A DNA stretch of 63,739 bases, filler included, from Sluysia triapertura (taxonomy: Eukaryota): NCBI GenBank assembly GCA_046118255.1. It is 5 parts of 5 records of this genome, joined end to end, with 100 filler letters (N's around TTAATTAATTAA, not from the genome) between each part and the next. Parts side by side here need not be neighbours in the genome. Positions count along the whole stretch, not along the records: positions 24,986 to 41,602 come from JBJNIA010199820.1; positions 41,703 to 52,780 come from JBJNIA010189242.1; 3 more parts are not named here. One strand, given 5' to 3'. The notes under the pieces are model-generated. The model did not search any database. It was not told where the DNA came from and saw only the letters and a program-made list of their open reading frames with translations. Made by a program: the position numbers and the translations under genes. Below, piece by piece: positions 39,601 to 52,880 of this stretch; the first letter of the stretch is position 1, and the number at the start of each line of letters is the position of its first letter.

Positions 39601-40198
39601 TCTGTTTTGTAATTTTTCAGGTCGGTTTAAATACGATGACTAAATACCATTTTTTGTCTTCGTTTAAAAAAGGACTCAAATACTTTATTTAAAATTAAAC
39701 TAACCGAAGCTAGAAAATAAACTCAACCAGAATTCACATAATATTTACAAAGTTTGTAAGATTATTGCATTTCGAGTGTTCCATTTAATTTAATTCCAAT
39801 AACTACACAATCTTTATAAAGATTATAAGATTGCTACATTTAAGTATTCGACTTCACTTGACTATTTTAAATTTAAATTCTGTGGATGAGCTGTTAACTC
39901 TGTAAATTATTAAAAACAACTGTGATTGTAGGCTTTCACTAGGAAACAATAACATTACACAAAGAATGTAAAAAGAGAATGTATGAATTACTATTGTGAC
40001 TTAACGTAACTAAAATTAGTAATTTTATTATATATTTTATTATGGGATATTTGTGTAATTTCTGAATAATGAACTTATTTGTTATTTAAATTTAGAGATG
40101 CTTTTAATTTGTCAAATGTAATTAAATCATGACTCAATTTACTTAACAAAATTATAGCATAGTCAAAATGGTACTTACGATATAAATAAAACGACGCT

Positions 40199-40960
40199 TG
40201 TGGTGGTCAACCTTTCAAATTTTATAAAAACCCTTTTTCACAATATTACAAAATCATATAAACCCTCAAAATCTACAATGCATATTCAAAAGTCAATATA
40301 AAACAATATCAAACTAAACCAACACATTGTATACATAAAACCATATCCTTTAACATTTTAACATTCTCATATTTATCTCCTCTACATTCACCAAAACAAT
40401 TTATATCCACAGTCTCACAACATATAAACCACAATAACATTCTAAATCATTAAACTACATTAAAAAGTTATCTAAATTATTGTATCTCTCATCTCAAAAC
40501 AACTCAAGCATAATCATATTCCAAAGTATTTAGGCCATAATCATTTACATTTTAATAACATTTCAGCTAGAAATACTATCTTAACATTAGAATGATATAT
40601 CAAAACTCGTAAGTTAATCAGGAAATATCATGTTCCTTCTTTACCTCTAACTTTTAAATATGTTAAGAATTTTAAGACATAACAGACCTTTTTACAAAGA
40701 ATTTAAGTATTTTATTTAATTTAATTTAGTTTATTTTATTTAATATTGATAATAATAGTAATATTATTATTATTAATATTACCATTTTATTACCATTTAA
40801 CTAATTTACCAATATTTGCGTTGCAAATCAGTAACTACCACCATCAATGCTGACATTGCTGATTAGTGTATATAAATTCACCTCAACATCATCTCTAAAT
40901 TAATACACTCACTACTAACTACATTCTTTATTTTACTGGTCATCCAATCAGAGCAAAAAT
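40199..40960 (+). repeat. TGTGGTG-headed C/A-skewed repeat, related to 4137-5180
   Basis: Shares head, skew and internal motifs with the 4137 copy. Right end approximate. Confidence 0.5.
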
Positions 40961-41602
40961 AACTGTAACTTCTATCTCTATTGTGGTTTTACTAACACTT
41001 AACCTAAAGCAAAATATTTTTGAGCAGAGTTCGGTTACAGTAAGCGTCTTACAACATATTGTTGGCACTTCTACAACAAATAAGTTAAAAGATCACTTTA
41101 AAAAGTAGAGGGTCTTACAATTACTAAATAATTAAATAACATAAAGTATCAATTCTTTTATAAAAAATACAAAAATTCAAATAGTTTAGAAATGTAATAA
41201 AATAATAGATCACAAGAATAAAAATAATTAATTTAATGATTAAAGCTCCGTGAGCGTTTAATCAGGTGCTATTAGAGTTTACGTGGAGTTTACCCCTCAA
41301 AATATGGGGGACTTAAAAAAATTTTATAAATTAATATTAAATTTGAGTGGAGTTTACGATTTTAACTTCAAAATTGAAAATATCCCTTAACAAATATATA
41401 AATTACCAAAAATTTGTAGAATCCAAAATTGATCGATGAATATCTCGTAATTGTGACGATTACAACATTCTAGAAGCTTCTGGTCTATTTTTAGAAGCTT
41501 ATTTTCTAATTTAGAAATTTTTTTGCAAAATCACTGTTTTTTAAGTTACTTTAAAAATTAATAATTAATTTTATGATGTTTTATATGCTTTTAATTAATT
41601 TT

Positions 41603-41702
41603 NNNNNNNNNNNNNNNNNNNNNNNNNNNNNNNNNNNNNNNNNNNNTTAATTAATTAANNNNNNNNNNNNNNNNNNNNNNNNNNNNNNNNNNNNNNNNNN
41701 NN
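41603..41702. other. Artificial contig spacer
   Basis: N44 + TTAATTAATTAA + N44. Confidence 0.98.
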
Positions 41703-42075
41703 TTGGTATAAAGCGTATATATTAGGCGGACCGACCTATCGGATAATTTGTTAAGTATAAGAAAATACTAGCAATATTTATCATTTTTAATATAAATTTA
41801 TTTAATTATTTATTTATTAAATATGAATCTGTTATTTGGAATTAGTTCTAAAGGTAAACCTACAGTGATACATCGCAATTTTGAATATATTAAAGAAAAA
41901 CATAATCAAAATGGAACATTTAAACATCGTCAATCATTTAAATGCAAAGTCCGTTTAATTACCAATGGAAACACGTTAGTTAGAGACTCAAGTTGACCAT
42001 ACGTATTACATAATAGAAATAATTTTAAATTTTTTGGTTTTTTTAAGTATGATCCGATTAAGTGTATAAATACCG
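41703..42075 (+). mobile_element. MULE/Mutator-type remnant: terminal sequence plus FLYWCH-like N-terminus (ORF 41823-41996)
   Basis: SSKGKPTVIHRNFEYIK...NGT...FKCKVRLITNG resembles a FLYWCH finger lacking its WRC. The terminal TTGGTATAAAGCGTATATATTAGG recurs inverted at 56211-56269. Confidence 0.65.
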
Positions 42076-42681
42076 TTTATTTTATTATATTTCATATATC
42101 ATCTTTTTTTCTTATATTTTAAATTCCCTTACCTTTTAACCTATTTTCTATGCACTAACTGGGCAATTTCAACAATATTTTGTTAGATGTTCTGTTTAAA
42201 TAGAACCTAAGTAAACTCAGTTTTTTTAGCTAATTTCACTATTAAGCGGAATGTGAATCCTATTATACCACAAGGTCTAAATTCAATTAATCTCGCTTCA
42301 GAGCGAAACTAGAATCAGAAAATTACTAATTTAACCAACATATACTGGTAACTCATAGATCTCAGATAAACCTTATGATATTTTCAATTAAATTCTTAAC
42401 TAACGAGAAGCAATAATTTCTACACGTACTAACCTCATCGTGCCTTATTTTCAAAAATCCTACGGACTAACCGTGGCTCATAAGTCTATGACCGTAGGCG
42501 AACTTTTTTATATTATTTATTGGTAGGTAATTCTTCAAGTAATTCTTTAGCGGTATCTATAAACTGACTTGCAAGCCTAGATTTTTATTAAATGAATATA
42601 CGAAACACCACCAAATATGTAATCAATATTTCTTAAATCTAAATATTGCTTTACTCCAGTTTGACTATAATAAAATAAAAT

Positions 42682-42753
42682 TCTTAGACGAGACTGATAA
42701 CTCGGTGGGTCCTGGGTTCGATTCCCGGTCAATCCATTTTATGAAGTCTAACA
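42682..42753 (+). repeat. tRNA-like TIR element with internal deletion (copy D)
   Basis: TCTTAGAC-GAGACTGATAACTCGGTG-[deletion]-GGTCCTGGGTTCGATTCCCGGTCAATCCATTTTATGAAGTCTAACA. Confidence 0.85.
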
Positions 42754-43680
42754 GAATTAAATGTGTTTCTAATTTATTTATTGAGAACTACAAAAATGAA
42801 TTTCCATCAAAAGCACCTATTTTAATATCATGAACCAAAACGCCATTCTTTTTTATGACTACCATGCTTTACTTCCTTTAATATGTGTACATGCCTTTTA
42901 ATTTTTCGAGCGCATCCATTTTTTCTTGTTTCGTGTAAATTTATAACCATTTCATCAAGAAAAATAAAATTTTCATGTTGAATAAACTGGATTTCCATTG
43001 CATGTAATTGTATTATTTAAATTTATTTCTGCTGGAATTTTAATATTCGTGAGATTTATCCTTGGTCTGCTATTATTGAATATTTTTTTAGTTCATTTGA
43101 TATTTAATTCTGTGTTAAAGAAGAATCCTTATTTAAAATTTGAAATTTTATTTTTTAAATTAGAGTGTGTTTCTTTTTCTTCCTCTTTGCCTATTCCTAA
43201 AATATTTAAATCAATTTTTTAAAATAAACATTTTAATTTATTATTATTTGGCTTCTAATTATAAAATAACTATTCAGTTTGCTCTGAACTTTATTTGAAC
43301 ATTGCTTCTTGAGGATTTCAAATAATAAATTATTACTTATTTTCACATTTTATATAGAAAATCTGAACCACTTTTGCATTACAAATGTTATTAAAAAGAC
43401 TAACGATAATTATTTATTGAATCTCGCAAAATATCATGATATTATCAGTTTCATGACTAAATTATATAATTAATTATATAAATATTAATTTTAACCAAAC
43501 ATTTTAAACAATAAAAATAAAACTTTACTTTTTATTGTTAAAACTAAATAAATATCGTAATGTTTATCCGATATATAAGATTCTTAACGATTTATAATAT
43601 ATACCTAATTCTTTTTCGTTACACGTTTGTTTTATTTTTCTAATTTTTGAAATTGTGTGTTATTATCTAATTTATTTAAA

Positions 43681-45609
43681 ATGTCTGACAATGACTTCGT
43701 TAATCAAGCAGTAGCAAGAGCAAAACAAGTATAATATATGATTAAAATTATGTTGTATAGATAGCTGCAAAGTTAGGAGCAGGAGGTGATGCACCAGGTC
43801 CAGTGCCATCAAATAATGGTATATCAGCAGAACCTAGTTACTCGGTTTCAGCACCTCCTGTTTTGGGAAATAAAAGACCTGCAACCGAACCTATTGCCAG
43901 TCCTATATCAGAAAAACGACCTATGGTTACTGATAAATTATCTGCTGCGGCAGAAGCTGCTGCTAAAATAAATGAAAAACTTGGTGGTTATGGAAGTAGT
44001 AATCCACTTGCAAGTCAAATATTAACTATTATACACAAGATACCAGATAAATATGTTGGTTTAGTTATTGGAAAGAAAGGAGAACAAATTATTCAGTTAC
44101 AAGCTGATTCACAATGCAAAGTATGGTAGCATTTATTGTTACATAAACAATATAGGTTATAATTTCTCAAGAGGGAGGAACTCCTGAACGCGAATTAACT
44201 ATGACTGGTACTCAAGCACAAATTGATAAAGCTAAAAGTCTGATTAATGAAATCGTTGAAAGAGCGGGTGGTACTGTACCAGGGGGATCTAGTGGCATAT
44301 GTTCTATTGATGTTATGATACCTGGACTTAAAGCTGGATTAGTAATAGGAAAAAATGGTGAAACAATAAAGCAGTTACAAGAAACCACGGGTGCGAAAAT
44401 GGTATTAATACAGGAAAGTAACACTCCTACTGCAGATGATAAGCCTTTGCGTATAACTGGTGATGCAGAGTCAGTTGAAAAAGCTAAAAATATGGTTATA
44501 GGAATGTTAGCAAATAAAGATGGAGTAAATAATATGATGATTTATATTTAAGTATAGATTGTTCCAAGGCCGCCTATTCCTGTAGCGACAGAACATGCAG
44601 ATTTGTGTGTTTATGCAGTACCAACTGAAAAGGCAGGTTTAGTAATTGGAAAGGGTGGGGAGACAATTCGTGAAATATGTGCCAGAAGTGGCGCATTTGT
44701 TGAAATTTCAAAACAGCAAGCTGCAGATCCAGCCTTGAAACTTTTTAATATCAAAGGACAGCGTCATGAAATCGACGCAGCAATGAGGTTATTTTATATT
44801 CATTTTTTAATTTTTTTTTATATTTTAATTACTGGAAATGCTAACAATGATACAGGTTTATATCTGAACGAGCTGGTATACCCGTTGGTCCTCCCCAGAG
44901 TTACACTCCCGGTGGTGCAGGAGCATCAGGAAATTATGGAATGATGCAACCGGGTCATCCAGGTTCTTGGGCAGGTTACAGCAATCCACAAATGCATGCT
45001 GCTAGTCATCAGCAAGGTACACCATGTCTTGCAGATCCTTGGTTATTCAGCTCACTGACCAAATATATACTACATCTGAAATTTAATAATATTAAAATTT
45101 AAATATTCTAGGTGTTATAATTATTTATAACTTATCTTATATATTTATATATTGTCGTATTTGGTTAAAATAAGTGGGTTGGATTGAATTTATTTAGGTA
45201 ATAGTAACCAATTTTATTTTCTTTAGCATGGAATGCTGGGCAACCTCAAGGAAATCAAAATCCAGGTGGATCAATGCCTCCTCCAACGATTAATCCTACT
45301 ACAGGACAACCTGATTATAGCGCTGCTTGGGCTGAATATTATAGGCGTCAAGGAATGCATGAATACGCGGATATGATATTAAGACAAGCTCAACAAACCA
45401 ATCCAGCATTTGCTGCTCCAACAACTTCTGTTGCATCAAACTATACGTCAACAGCAAACTCAAATGCAGCTTCGATGCCAGGACATTATGATTACAATCA
45501 TTGGCAGCAATGGCAACAGTGGCATCAACAACAAGCTGCAGGCACTTATCCTCATCAAGTACAATCCCAACCTAATTCTCAGACACCTGGGAATTGGCAA
45601 TCACGGTAA
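43681..45609 (+). CDS. FUBP1: Far upstream element-binding protein family (FUBP/KHSRP/Psi); join(43681..43728,43761..44120,44156..44524,44558..44787,44856..45016,45227..45609), 516 aa
   Basis: N-terminal AVARAKQIAAK helix, three KH domains (GKKG, GKNG, GKGG loops), C-terminal GQPDYSAAWAEYYR. Five GT-AG introns (32, 35, 33, 68, 210 nt) keep the frame; 1551 nt in total. Confidence 0.95.
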
Positions 45610-46479
45610 ATTCATCTGAATATCATTTAGTCATGTTTTAATCATGTTTTAATCAACATGTTGCAGTTACGAAATAACCTATCGTTAAGTAATACAGAAG
45701 GCTATTATAGCTTTCTTCGTTAAACATTTTTCATACAAAATAAATATTTTTAATTTTTATGTAAGCAGGATTGTATTCATTTTTACTTTTAAAATTATAT
45801 TAATGATGTACTACAAAAACAATGTTTTACAAACTGTAAAAAAATATTTGGTATAAAAGTGTATTGTGAATTTATTTTTAAATTGTGTTTTTGACTTATA
45901 AAATTGATAAGTTATCGGTTGTTGAATGAATTAGAACAGCTTGCAGTTTATTGTTAATATTTTCCTTTTAATATTTTGTTTTAGAATTTCGTTGGTGTAT
46001 TAAGCTAATAATGAGTTTACTTTAAATGATAATTGCGCTATGCAGTCTTAGTTATATATCAATATTAAATATTTAAATGTGGATTGACCATTTTAAGAAT
46101 CATTTAGGGTGTTCGGTTAATTATAATGTGTAATTTTTGCTAAATTAAGTTTTATAAACAAATGTTTTCAATGGCTTATTTAAAATGAGTTAAGAATTAT
46201 TGTTTATCAAGTTCTTATTATAAGATGTTTAATTAATTTTGTAAGCTTTATCGCTGTATGATGTTCTTTTATAATATATAGAGTATGTAGTATTCTTTAT
46301 TATTTTTATTATTTTATTTTATTTTTATTATTTTTTTTAGTATTTTATTATTACTTTATTTTTATTTTTATTTCTTATTTTAATTACTATTATTATATAG
46401 ATCTAGACTAGAAATTGTTTTGTTTGAATAATATTTTTTTGCTTGATACTTCACATTTGAATTATTGTTTGTCAGATGA

Positions 46480-48204
46480 GAAATAAGTGAAATATTGGAT
46501 ATTGTTCGACTAATGCGGTTATTAGAACACCACAATATACTTAGTATCAATGATATTTCTCTTAGTAATTCACGCATTAATATTAAATGTTGCAAATCTA
46601 AGCATGGAATAATTGATGATTTATTATCAGAAAGTGTTTTCAGTATATCTTCAGAATGATCTGTAGCATCGGTGGCTTACCAATTATGTAATGCTCTGGA
46701 TTATTTACATAATAATGAACGTATTATTCATAGATCACTATGTCCTTCTTCTGTATATGTAGAAGAGAAAGGTATCATTAAATTGGGAAATTTAAATAGT
46801 TGTATTCTAGATTTAGTTAAAAGTCGCAAGAGTCCCATGTTAAACAGCAGTACTACAGAACCACTAACACCTATGCACAAGTCTAAGCAATTATTTTCAC
46901 TTCAGAAGTTATTTAATTCAAAATATAATTTAAAATTCAAATTTAGAATAATTATGTCAAGTTCTGAACGTTTTATGAGTCCCGACATGAATATCAGATT
47001 CAGTGAAGATTTCCAAGCTACTATTTCAGATTTACGTACGGACGAGCGTGATTTGAATTTCAAGGATGATTCTAATGAAATGCTACGCTGCAAACCATGC
47101 AAGTATAAAGACAGTGATGTAAAACTTCATTTAAATAAATACGCTAATAAATGTGATTATCAAATTATGATAACGCATCATGATAAAGATGATGTATACC
47201 TACTGTTACGTAATGAGTTTAGTTCTAAAAAGTCTTTAATTTACATTTCTGAACGTAATTTTAACGTAAGTAATTATAATACGTCGTTTGATTTAATTCA
47301 TTATTACTTAAAAGAACAGTCAAAAAGATTTAAAAAGATTTCGAAGTCACTATCCAGAAATGTTGGATGTGCCTTAAATGCTGATTTTAAAATTAATTTA
47401 TTAAATGAATTTGTGCAGGCTTATTGTATGAGAGATTGTGATGACAATTATGCAATCCAATTCATGCTGACGAGAACGATTTCAGTATCACCAAGTTTAA
47501 AAAGTTTTCAAAGTGAATATAGTAAGTCTGCACAATCTGAAGATATTAAACATGAGAATAAGAGTGAAGTTGAGGAAAACAAGGAAAAAGGATTGCATCT
47601 CTCTGTTGATACGTTATCTAATGTAAATAATGAATTTAAATTTGTGTTATTTAGTTTCGGTCATATTCTTCGAATATGGTCTTTCAAAAGTAGTGTAAAA
47701 ACTGTTATGTGTTCGAATTATTCTTCTTTACCGTTTTGTTTTATTATTATATTTGAATTACCATGTTGTACCAATTATAGTAAAACTTTCTGCATTATTG
47801 TCTACAGCCATACTGACAATAGAATTCGATTTTGGAATGGAGAATCTGGATGGTATTTTGCTACAACGTTTGTTCATGATAATACTAACGGATTGATAAT
47901 AGATACATTTAAGACTTGTATTAATAAAACCTTAGCTTGTTATTACATTGACTTTTATTTTCAAAGTATTAATTTAAAATTTTTTAAGTGCCTTAAGCAC
48001 ATATCTTACAACAATAAATTAACGTATAATATAGATAAAGCAAAGACGATAAAATTTATTCGAAAAAAGAAAACCCCTACGCCCATACTCCTGTTTATAT
48101 GCCAACCAATTTTTCAACCATTTAGTCATCTCCTACTCATGAACAACCAATTGGATATTTTGTCTTCTCTTATTCTGATTTATACTGAAATTTATGTTAC
48201 ATAA
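46480..48204 (+). pseudogene. STRAD-like pseudokinase fragment fused to a long ORF with WD40-like segments; one in-frame TGA at 46657
   Basis: LMRLLEHHNIL...HGIIDDLL...SE*SVASVAYQLCNALDYLH...IIHRSLCPSSVYV...IKLGNLNS (HRS for HRD, GNL for DFG); later GHILRIWS and HTDNRIRFWN. 510 stop-free codons from 46672. Confidence 0.55.
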
Positions 48205-48229
48205 ATTAGATAATGCTGAACCCATACGT

Positions 48230-50430
48230 ATCATTAATATTTAAATATTTTGTTTATTCCAACAAGTGATGCTACAATGGGAGTATTGCACCAATATAAC
48301 CATCATTTTGTTTGTAAATTACTTATTTTTTAGAATTTAAACATTTTGAGTTTTAAACCAATCACTGGATGTTAGTACTGCTTGTCTCTTTTAGATTCAT
48401 TAACATTTATTTTACCAGCAGTTATTTGTATAAATATATCAACAAATGAAGGAAATTATTTAAAATTGAGTCTATGAAAATTTTGCATTAAAGTATGGTA
48501 AACTACGTTCAAATTTCATCTTTTTATATTTGTTGCAACGCATTGTAAATTAATTGTTTCATGTGTTTGATTTTATTAAGTTCAACTACAGCTATTTTAA
48601 AATTAGTCATAATTAAATAATATCATATTTAGTACATTTTGTATAATAAGTGATACTTTCGGGATAAAAATATCAGTATATATATGCTCATATCATTAAG
48701 ATATGCTTGTGTAAAATATACAATCATATATCTCTGTGGTATTTTTGTTCCATCACGAAAATCATTTATTAGAAACAATGTGGAAATGTTCGACGGGCTA
48801 AATAATCTATTACAGTTTGATTTCTAGCATTTTTAAATATTACTACATAATGTACATTTAAATTTCGAGTACGATGATTACCAGCTTGATGAAACGCATT
48901 TTGAATTATAAAAATTACAGTCACTTCCCTAAGTCTAGATATTCTAGTGAATAAATTATTCAAATCATCCTGTTTATTAACTTCTTGGTATAAGTCATTC
49001 ATAACAATTACGTCATGTTTTGTAGTCTGCTTGACAATAGTTTATCAAAATCATTAACTACTTTAATATTTTTTAATTTATAAAATTCGGTTTGAGTTAA
49101 TCCTGCTTTTCTACACCCACTTGATGGTAATGCATCTTATTAATGTTACATTTTAACTTATTACTTTGTAGTAATTTACGAACAAAACGTGTTTTTCAAC
49201 TACCGCTTGAGTTTACAATTTGGTACGTTGCATTATTATTTAAATCCATTTTGAAACGTAACTTATAACAACATGTTTATAATAAATCAAAAGAACGCAT
49301 ACATAAACTATATTTATTAATTAATTATTTACATTTTAAAATATTTCTAGCAATTCTTTGAGTATCACAAAATTAAATCACGAGCACTGTATTGAAATAT
49401 TTTATGGAAGATTAAATGGTAGTTGCAATTTTATATAATAAGCTACTCCATATTTGATGCATAATATTTTTTTGATATCAATAGTTAAAGTATGAGTAGT
49501 ATAAAGAGCATGTCTTTAAATATTAATAATACGTGATATATTTTCAAAATCGACACCACGAATACATTCAATAATACATTTTCGCTGGAAACTTTTGAAA
49601 TTTACAAAATATTGAAAACGCAAAGAGTCTCATTATGATTACATCCATTTGGTGAAGAATCTAAAAAATAATTCATTATTCTTAAATAAAAACATAAATT
49701 TTAGTATATTACTTAAATTACATAAGTCTTTTTATTTATCCAATAGCTTTTTCAATCTATTTTTTCATCGTCTTCTTGTATTTTGTTTATCTTGTTCTTG
49801 TATTAAGGGTTTTCCGGTTTTTGATTTTTTTAATTAATAGTTTTCGTAATACTGGTTTAGTTTTATGTGCTGCAAGTTTTATTTTTTTAAATAATGTTAC
49901 TAATGGTAGTGATAGGTTTGAGATTAATGAATCTAAGTTCGCTTCTGCAATAATTATATAATTTTTTACGTTTCTTGAAGTACAAAAATTATCATTATCT
50001 ACATTGTCCTCACTAATCTCAAGTATTATGTGTTGATCTGCCTTTCTTAATGATGATGGTCTGAAAGATGTAGTTTTCGATGAAAATGAACTTTTATGTG
50101 TTGATTTTGCTAGTGGATTGTATGGAATTATACTATTAGCATACGATTCATAATTGTGCCAACTTGTTGATTTATTTTGTGATTACCTACTTTGTGTTTT
50201 TAAAACTTTTATTATTTCCTAAACCTGTGGCATGATAACTTTTAATCTTACCTAAACAAATTATTAAAATATGTTTATGGTCCTACATTTGTGCCATTAT
50301 ATGTATCGTCTTAAGTTCTTCTTGTGTTCGTAATTTGAACACAGTTTATTGGCGTTTTTTTTACTTTTTTGTCCTACAAATTTTTCTCTTTAAATGTTTT
50401 TGTACAATGAGTACCATTAATACAAAGACG
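48230..50430 (-). mobile_element. Polinton/Maverick (adintovirus-like) remnant
   Basis: Decayed packaging ATPase, a small downstream ORF ending KQNDGYIGAILPL (48610-48255), and further decayed ORFs upstream, all on the minus strand. Boundaries approximate, no TIR seen. Confidence 0.7.
48620..49249 (-). pseudogene. Polinton/Maverick A32-like packaging ATPase, disrupted
   Basis: ATG at 49249; Walker A IVNSSGS*KT, Walker B DVIVMNDL, LFTRISR, IFIIQNAF, RTRNLNVHYVVIFKNARN, YLARRTFP, then FRDGTKIPQRYMIVYF. Confidence 0.88.
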
Positions 50431-52780
50431 CTTATAATTTAAAATATTTATAAAATATATAAATATTTTATAACCCTAAACTCGTGACAAAATAAAAAAT
50501 TATCTTTCAACCTTAATATATTTTTCAAAACATAAAACAAAATAAAATTAAAAAATTATTTGTTCATTTATGTCAATATTTTCGATCTTTTGTAACAATT
50601 ATAAATTATTCGTGCAATGTTTCCTACATCTAAACATTAAAAATTAACAAAAATTTGGATTCATTAGAACCTTCAAGTGAGTCCATTTATAGAAGGAATG
50701 ATAAAACCAGCAACAAATTACTTGCACCAAATTATATAATCTTCTGAGTCCTTTTTACCTTTATGTTTCTTGCATTAAGAATAATCATGAGAATAATTAA
50801 GAGAATAATCATGTTAACCGGTTTCATATTTAATGTAATATGTTTAATGGACTTTGTGCCAAACCTAAAAATTTTGATATCTGAATATTAGGGCTCAAAA
50901 TCTGATTTCTTCTACAGCTTATTATATACTTAATAATTGCAACACGAATTTGTAAAAATGTAATTTTATCGGATTAATTAGAATAATAGCTTCTGAAAGT
51001 ATTTTGAACATTTATTATTTATTTAAATTAAATATCATCACTGTAAATAATTACTTTGTAAGTAGCAATGTCCTAATAATGTGTAAAATTAAGTAGAATT
51101 TAGTGCTATATATAAACCAAAAGGAATACTATTTGAAATGGTTTTTTATCTACTTCAGTTATTTATTTGACAGTACCCATAATCCAGATCTAGTGTGAAT
51201 AAGAAATTTGATCCATAGAAATAATTAAATAAATATTTGGATCCGGAATTGGATGAATCATTTTAAATTTTTCATTTAGTTCTTTGAGATCTAAAAAAGA
51301 CTGTCATCTTTCTTTAACATTGAAACTATTCCATTCAGAATAAAATCAATGTATAATTCTGATTTCTCATTTATTAATTATTAAGACGAGAGATTATTTT
51401 CCTGAATTTAACATTAATGATTTACCTTCAGTTAATAAATGCTTCAAAGCTGTTGTATTATTGATATTAAAAACTTGCAAAAAAGTTCTTTATCAAAATT
51501 TTTGTTTCTTATCGGATTTAATGTAATAAAACATTTTCCAATCTTGATGAATAAATATAAAATCTAAATATTTTATTTAGAAATTATTTAAATTATTTAA
51601 ATTTTGTAAAAGTTAAAAAAAAAAAAAAGTTAGTTATTAAATATTAATTTGAAATTAAATATGGTTTTATAACAAAATTATAGTTACAATATCTTTTTCT
51701 ATTTGAAATGAAAAATTTAGAGATTCCAATACGCCAAAATTTGGATTTTTGTCATCAAATGAATTCAGCAAAGTTAAATCATCTTCCACTTCATTTCGTT
51801 TTCTGATAATACATTAAAATAAAAAATAAGTTACCTTTTGTGTCTGAAAGTCACAGTTTCATTCGCATCAATATGAAAAGTAATCTCTGTTTTCTTAATT
51901 AAGTCTTTTAAATCAACTGAAATAACATAAGATAATTATTCAATAACATCATTTCATTCAACAAATTATAGCATATCTTAAAATATTTGTGATCGTATTT
52001 GCCACTAATTTCATATAAAACCAAATTTTAAAAATTAAACTACTTCTTGTTTGTATAACATAATCATTTTTAAATATCTTTATATTTTATTCGTCTCTTA
52101 TATTTGAATTTTTTTATATTTATGTGATCAAATGTTATAATGATTTGTTACAACTTTGTTATAATGATTTTATTATTGGTGAATAAAATATGAATTAACA
52201 CGTTGACGCAACTTTTGTCCTCATCAGTCATTAAAAACAAAAATTTGGCGGCTATAGCCGCACTTTGCGGAGACGTTTTAAGCAGAGTTATTTGCATTTA
52301 GTTATCGCATTTGTAAATAATTTTTGTAAAAATTATGTCACAAAGAAATATTGCTAAAATTGTTTAAGCTTTACAATAATAAAATATTACATCTTATTTG
52401 ATAAACCTATAAGCTGTACGATGCATTTTGAAGTTAAGCAATTATACAAAATATTACAAAATTAACATCATGTTGTGGTTTTACTTAATCTTAACCTACG
52501 ACAATATACGTTTTTAGCAGTGTCCGATTATAGTATACGACATACGACCTAGAGTGGGCGTACCTGTGATCGATTTTAGCATATAATCGTTTTAATTTAA
52601 AAATTTATGTCAAATTCTTAGTGATCTTAACCTTTCTTGAACTATCGTACATCATCCAACTTATGCAATAATGTTTAATTTACTAAGAGTTTATGATTAA
52701 GTCTTATGTTTTTAAACTAAATCCTATCACAAATTAATTTACTTTAATTGTTAACCAAGTAAAAAACAATCAATATTTGA

Positions 52781-52880
52781 NNNNNNNNNNNNNNNNNNNN
52801 NNNNNNNNNNNNNNNNNNNNNNNNTTAATTAATTAANNNNNNNNNNNNNNNNNNNNNNNNNNNNNNNNNNNNNNNNNNNN
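52781..52880. other. Artificial contig spacer
   Basis: N44 + TTAATTAATTAA + N44. Confidence 0.98.

Noticed and set aside
46657-46659. TGA recoding or alternative genetic code
   Set aside because: Intact genes use TGG for Trp and have no internal stops; the broken regions also carry TAA stops and frameshifts.
52200-52232. CTGATGAG-GACAAAAGTT on the minus strand as a hammerhead
   Set aside because: GAAA core missing; lies in a TTAA-type MITE end.
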